Both the position numbers and the translations under genes were made by a program. This document shows, piece after piece, positions 58,936 through 64,000 of a stretch of 64,000 nt of DNA. This DNA is from an uncultured Mogibacterium sp. GTDB taxonomy: Bacteria; Bacillota; Clostridia; Peptostreptococcales; Anaerovoracaceae. Each line of letters starts with the position of its first letter. The first letter of the stretch is position 1. The DNA lies in assembly GCA_916438865.1 (NCBI GenBank), contig CAKAFX010000002.1, positions 188,552 through 252,551 of the forward strand, written 5' to 3'. Below the pieces are notes generated by a model. That model was not told where the DNA came from, searched no databases, and saw only the letters and a list, made by a program, of their open reading frames with translations.

Positions 58936-59528
58936 GTGAGTTTAATACCTTACGTAGTTGAGCAGACAGGCGGCGGTGAGCGCAGTTTTGATATCTATTC
59001 CAGATTGCTCAAAGATAGAATTATCTTTATCGATCAAGAGATAGATGATCATCTCGCTAGTGTTGTCGTTGCACAGCTATTGTTTCTAGAAGCCGAAGAC
59101 CCAGAGAAAGATATCAATATTTATATCAATTCACCGGGGGCTCCGTAACGGCAGGTATGGGCATCTACGATACGATGAAGTACGTTAAGCCTGATATCGC
59201 AACTATCTGCTTTGGAATGGCTGCTAGCATGGGAGCAGTTCTCATGACAGCGGGGACAAAGGGAAAGCGCTTTGCGCTACCTAATGCTGAGATAATGATT
59301 CACCAGCCACTTGGCGGAGCTAAGGGACAGGCGTCAGATATCAAGATTCAAGCAGAGTGGATGCAGAAGACTAAGGATAAGCTCAATAAAATCCTTTCTG
59401 AGGCGACAGGTCAGCCTTATGAAACTATCCTAAGGGATACTGACCGTGACAATTTCATGTCCGCTTCAGAGGCCGTTGAATATGGTTTGATAGATAAGGT
59501 TCTATCGAAGGAAGAATTGAGTAGATAA
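58936..59528 (+). CDS. clpP: Clp protease proteolytic subunit (split)
   Basis: DIYSRLL, YINSPG, AASMG, MIHQP, RDNFM. Confidence 0.97.
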
Positions 59529-59540
59529 CTGGAGGCAGAG

Positions 59541-60810
59541 TTGGAGAACAATAACCCAAATGAATTAGTATGCTCCTTCTGCGGCAAGACAAGCTCTCAG
59601 GTTAGACGTATAATCGTAGGTCAGGATGTAAATATTTGTAATGAGTGCATCGAGCTCTGCTCAGAACTCCTAAGGGATGATGGAGCAGCGAGCGAAGTGC
59701 ATGAGACACTGACATCGTTACCAACTCCGAAGGAGATTGCGGCAGAGTTAGGAGAGTATGTAATAGAGCAGGAGGCTGCTAAGAAGAGCCTTGCTGTTGC
59801 TGTTTACAATCACTATAAGAGAATTAAATACATAGAGAATAATGTAACGGACAAAGATACAGGGGCAGTCGAGTTACAGAAGAGCAACGTATTGATGCTC
59901 GGTCCTACTGGTAGCGGTAAGACTTTGCTAGCCCAGACTATGGCACGTATTCTCGATGTTCCATTTGCGATTGTAGATGCTACATCGCTAACTGAAGCAG
60001 GGTATGTCGGTGAAGATGTTGAGAACATTCTGCTTAGACTATATCAGGCTGCTGATGGAGATTTGGAGAGAGCTGAGAAGGGTATCATCTATATCGATGA
60101 GATTGATAAGATTGCCCGCAAGTCTGAAAACACATCGATTACAAGAGATGTAAGCGGTGAAGGTGTTCAGCAGGCTCTACTCAAGATAATTGAAGGAACA
60201 GTCGCGAATGTGCCACCTCAGGGTGGAAGAAAGCATCCGATGCAGGAATTCATCCATTTCAATACGAAGGATGTGTTGTTCATCTGTGGAGGAGCTTTTG
60301 CTGGGCTTTCGACAATAATAAAGGCGTAGACTTGGAAACAAAGTAATCGGTTTTAACTCTGCAAATGATTCAGCTCATGATATAGATGAGAAGGAGATTT
60401 TGTCACGTGTTGAGCCAGAGGATCTACTAAAATTCGGAATTATTCCGGAGTTAATAGGAAGACTCCCTGTAATCGTTTCACTTGATGAACTAAGTGAAGA
60501 GGCTCTTAGCAAGATTATGAAGGAGCCACGTAATTCACTTATCAAGCAGTATACGACCATGCTTTCTATGGACGATATCGAGCTTGAGGTTGAAGACGAG
60601 GCGGTTTCGGCCATTGCAAATAAGGCAATTGAACTTAAGACAGGTGCTAGAGGCCTGCGAGGGATATTTGAGAGCATGATGACAGATGTCATGTATGAAT
60701 TGCCATCGAGGGACGATGTGCGTAAGTGCATCGTTACTAAAGAAACTGTTGAAGAAGGCACTATGCCTGTACTGATTACAGATTCAGAAGCTATGGCAAA
60801 AGACGCATAA
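59541..60810 (+). CDS. clpX: Clp ATPase (split)
   Basis: CSFC..CNEC zinc finger, [25 protein letters not shown]. Confidence 0.97.
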
Positions 60811-60884
60811 AATTTCAAATGATATCTCAGGGCGGCATTAACATTTTGATGCCGTCTTGTGGTATAGGGACTTAAGGAGGGCGT

Positions 60885-63232
60885 ATGAAAGTTAGAGTAC
60901 CATTCATACCATTGAGGGGACAGACCTTCTTTCCAAATACAATAGTGGGATTTGATATTGGAAGAGACAAGTCTCTGAGGTCGCTAGATGCGGCTATGAA
61001 CGAGGACAAGTATCTTGTTGTAGCAACTCAGAGAGATATTTCTATAAATGCACCAAAAGAAGAAGATATCTTCATGACAGGTGTGGAAATTCGTGTAAAA
61101 CAAGTAGTAAAGCGTCACGAGGAATACGTGAGAGTACTCGCAGAGTGTGGAAGCCGCGTTAGGCTTTCAGCAGTATATGATGAGGATGATACACTTTACT
61201 GTGATTACGAAGTAGCTGATGTAGTTCCTGATGAGAACGATGAGCTTAACATTACTGCGCTTACCAGAGTGCTCAAGCAGACATACTTTAGATATGTTGA
61301 GATGAGTAACGCTGGTGAGGCGGCTGCACGTGCCTTAATCGATGGAGTAGACGACCCTATTGGACTCGCATATATAATTGCGGGAGAACTTGATGTGCCG
61401 TTTGACGTACTACAAGGGCTACTAGAGATTGATTCGGTAAACGATCTAGTTGAGCAACTAGTGGAGACTATATCTAGAGAAAATCAGGTTCTAGCACTAA
61501 CCAAGCGTATCAACAACAGAGTTATGCAGAACATGAATAAGGGCCAGCGTGAATATTATCTTCGTGAGCAACTAAGCGTAATTAAAGAGGAGCTTGGTGA
61601 GACTGATGATGACACAGAAGATGAGGCTAATGCATGGCTAAAGAAACTCGATGAGCTTAAGCTTGACGAGAAGGTGGACGAAAAAATCCGCAAGGAGATT
61701 AATAAGTTCCGCAAGATGAACATGATGAGTCCTGACGCAAATGTCAGCAGGACGTATATAGAGACGATTCTTGAGCTACCATGGAATAAAGAATCAAAGG
61801 TTAACACAAACATCCGTAAAGGCTGAAAAACGCTAAATAACGAGCATTATGGCCTAACAAAAAGTCAAAGAGAGAATCATTGAGCAATTGGCTGTTATGC
61901 ACCTTACTAAGGGTGCTAAAGGCCCCATTATATGCCTTGTAGGTCCTCCGGGAGTCGGTAAGACCTCGATAGCTCGTTCAATCGCTCATGCTACGAACAG
62001 AGAATTTGTAAGAATGTCTCTTGGTGGTGTGAGAGATGAGGCTGAAATCAGAGGGCACAGACGCACATATGTCGGAGCTATTCCGGGTAGGGTTATAAAT
62101 AACTTTATCGAGTCTGGAACGAATAATCCTCTTTTCTTGCTCGACGAGATTGATAAGATTGGAAATGATTTTAGGGGAGACCCCAGCATCTGCACTGCTC
62201 GAGGTGCTAGACCCAGAGCAGAATAAGACTTTTACGGACCACTATCTCGAAGTGCCATTCGACCTGTCTAAGGCAATGTTTATCACCACTGCAAATACGA
62301 CACAGACGATCCCAAGGCCTCTACTCGACAGAATGGAAGTCATAGAGCTTTCAAGCTATATCGAAGAAGAGAGTTAAATATAGCAGAGACATATCTCATT
62401 CCTAAGCAGCTTAAAGAGCATGCAATTAGGAAGAGCCAATTGGCTTTCTCTGAGTCGGCTATACGCGATATTATCAACTATTATACGAGAGAAGCTGGTG
62501 TTCGTAACCTGGAGCGTGCAATCGGTTCAATTTGCCGTAAGGTAGCTAAGAACCTCGTAACTGAGAAAAAAACACAAGTATTTGATTACTTCCAGAAATC
62601 TTGAGAAGTATCTAGGCAAAAAGATATTTAGAGAAGACCTAGCTGACCTGAGTCCGCAGGTGGGTGTAACAACTGGTATGGCATGGACTGCTGTTGGTGG
62701 CGTTACTCTTGAGATTGAAACTCTCAAGATGCCTGGAAGCGGTAAGCTTATACTGACTGGACAGATGGGCGATGTTATGAAGGAGTCAGCTCAAGCTGCA
62801 CTTGGATATATTAGATCGGTAGCTTCTAAGTATGATATACCTGATAGTGTATTTAAGGAAAGCGATATACAGGTGCACATACCTGAGGGAGCAACTCCTA
62901 AGGATGGTCCTTCTGCTGGTATAACTATGTGCTCAGCACTATTCTCTACACTGTCTGGTAACAAGGTTAGAAGAGATGTTGCTATGACCGGAGAAATTAC
63001 TCTTAGAGGCAGAATATTGCCAGTAGGTGGAATCAAAGAGAAGGTTCTTGCAGCTTACAGACAAGGAATCAGAAAGATTTTGCTTCCTGCTGATAATAAG
63101 CGTGACATAGAGGAAATTCCAACTTCTGTACGTAAGAAACTAAGGTTTGTATTCCTGGAGACGGCCGAGGATGCCTTTAAGGAAATCATTCTTGAGGATG
63201 AAGCAAATAAAAAGGACGCTAAAAGCAAATAG
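60885..63232 (+). CDS. lon: Lon protease (split)
   Basis: [28 protein letters not shown]. Confidence 0.97.
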
Positions 63233-63248
63233 ATAAAGAGGATGATAG

Positions 63249-63868
63249 ATGCAAATTAATAAATCCGAGCTCGAGGCAGTAGCAGTAAAAGCTGCACAGT
63301 ATCCAGAGCCTGGTGTGCCAGAAATCGCTTTTGCAGGCAGATCGAATGTTGGGAAGTCTTCGCTGCTGAATCTGCTTACTAGGAGAAAGAATCTAGCAAG
63401 AGTAAGCGGTAACCCAGGTAAAACGAGAACAATTAACTTTTACAGAGTGAATGATGAGTTTAGAATCGTTGACCTTCCAGGATACGGATATGCCAGAGTA
63501 TCTAAGTCTGAATCTGAGAAATGGGGCGCTATGATGGAAGGCTATCTCGAGAATAGAGAAGGGCTACTCAAAGTTATTCAGCTGGTAGATATCAGGCATA
63601 AACCATCTGCGCAGGATGTTCAGATGTATGAGTATCTCAAATACTACAATCTAGATGGTATAGTAGTGGCAACTAAGGCTGACAAGGTATCATCTAATCA
63701 GCGTAGCAAAAATATCTCTGAAATTCGCATGACTTTGGGGATGAGCAAAGACGATAAGGTTATTCCAGTGAGCGCACTTAAGAGAACGGGACATGATGTT
63801 CTGTTAGGAGAAATCGAGCAGCTGCTGGAGCACTACGAAAAATTTTTTAAGAGTACGACGTTTAGTAG
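63249..63868 (+). CDS. engB: Ribosome biogenesis GTPase YihA/YsxC (3' end uncertain, indel)
   Basis: Manual translation: GRSNVGKSS, PGKT, DLPGYG, TKADK. Confidence 0.93.
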
Positions 63869-63883
63869 AGCGGAGGAGAACAA

Positions 63884-64000
63884 ATGGCTAATATTAAGGC
63901 TTCGGAAAGCGGAATCTTTGGCAAGATTCTATACACAGAAGAGCAGATTAGAGCTCGTGCAAAGGAACTTGCAGAACAGATTTCTAAGGATTTTTGAGGG
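63884..64000 (+). CDS. hpt: Hypoxanthine phosphoribosyltransferase, 5' part
   Basis: KILYTEEQIRARAKELAEQISKDF; GGAGG RBS. Confidence 0.75.

Noticed and set aside
57566..63868. Programmed frameshifting or pseudogenisation of tig-clpP-clpX-lon-engB
   Set aside because: Conserved, often essential genes; the breaks match the window-wide indel error pattern.

Overview
Chromosomal window of a low-GC, anaerobic, clostridia-like Firmicute. Gene content suggests Peptostreptococcales/Mogibacterium-like, but that is inference only. The assembly has many single-base indels, mostly in homopolymers, that split even essential genes (tig, clpP, clpX, lon, uvrC), so split ORFs are treated as single genes. 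Left end (1-8.3 kb): a type I restriction-modification locus with a tyrosine recombinase, a silent inverted hsdS TRD cassette and six repeats sharing a CAGCGTAAG core, i.e. a probable hsdS shufflon with hsdM inside the invertible segment. 11.4-22.9 kb: an extracytoplasmic redox/sulfur cluster (large triple FMN-binding surface protein plus MsrQ-like membrane protein; TlpA/CXXC-peptide/NapH-like operon; rhodanese lipoprotein, TusA-like protein, YeeE). The rest is mostly housekeeping: MarR-ABC exporter, SulP, hydE, gap, SCIFF ranthipeptide pair (precursor lacks Cys32), serA/serC, a DD-carboxypeptidase homologue with degenerate catalytic motifs, uvrC, tRNA-Leu(CAG), murI, tig-clpP-clpX-lon-engB-hpt. 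Product calls come from motif recognition by eye; no database search was run.
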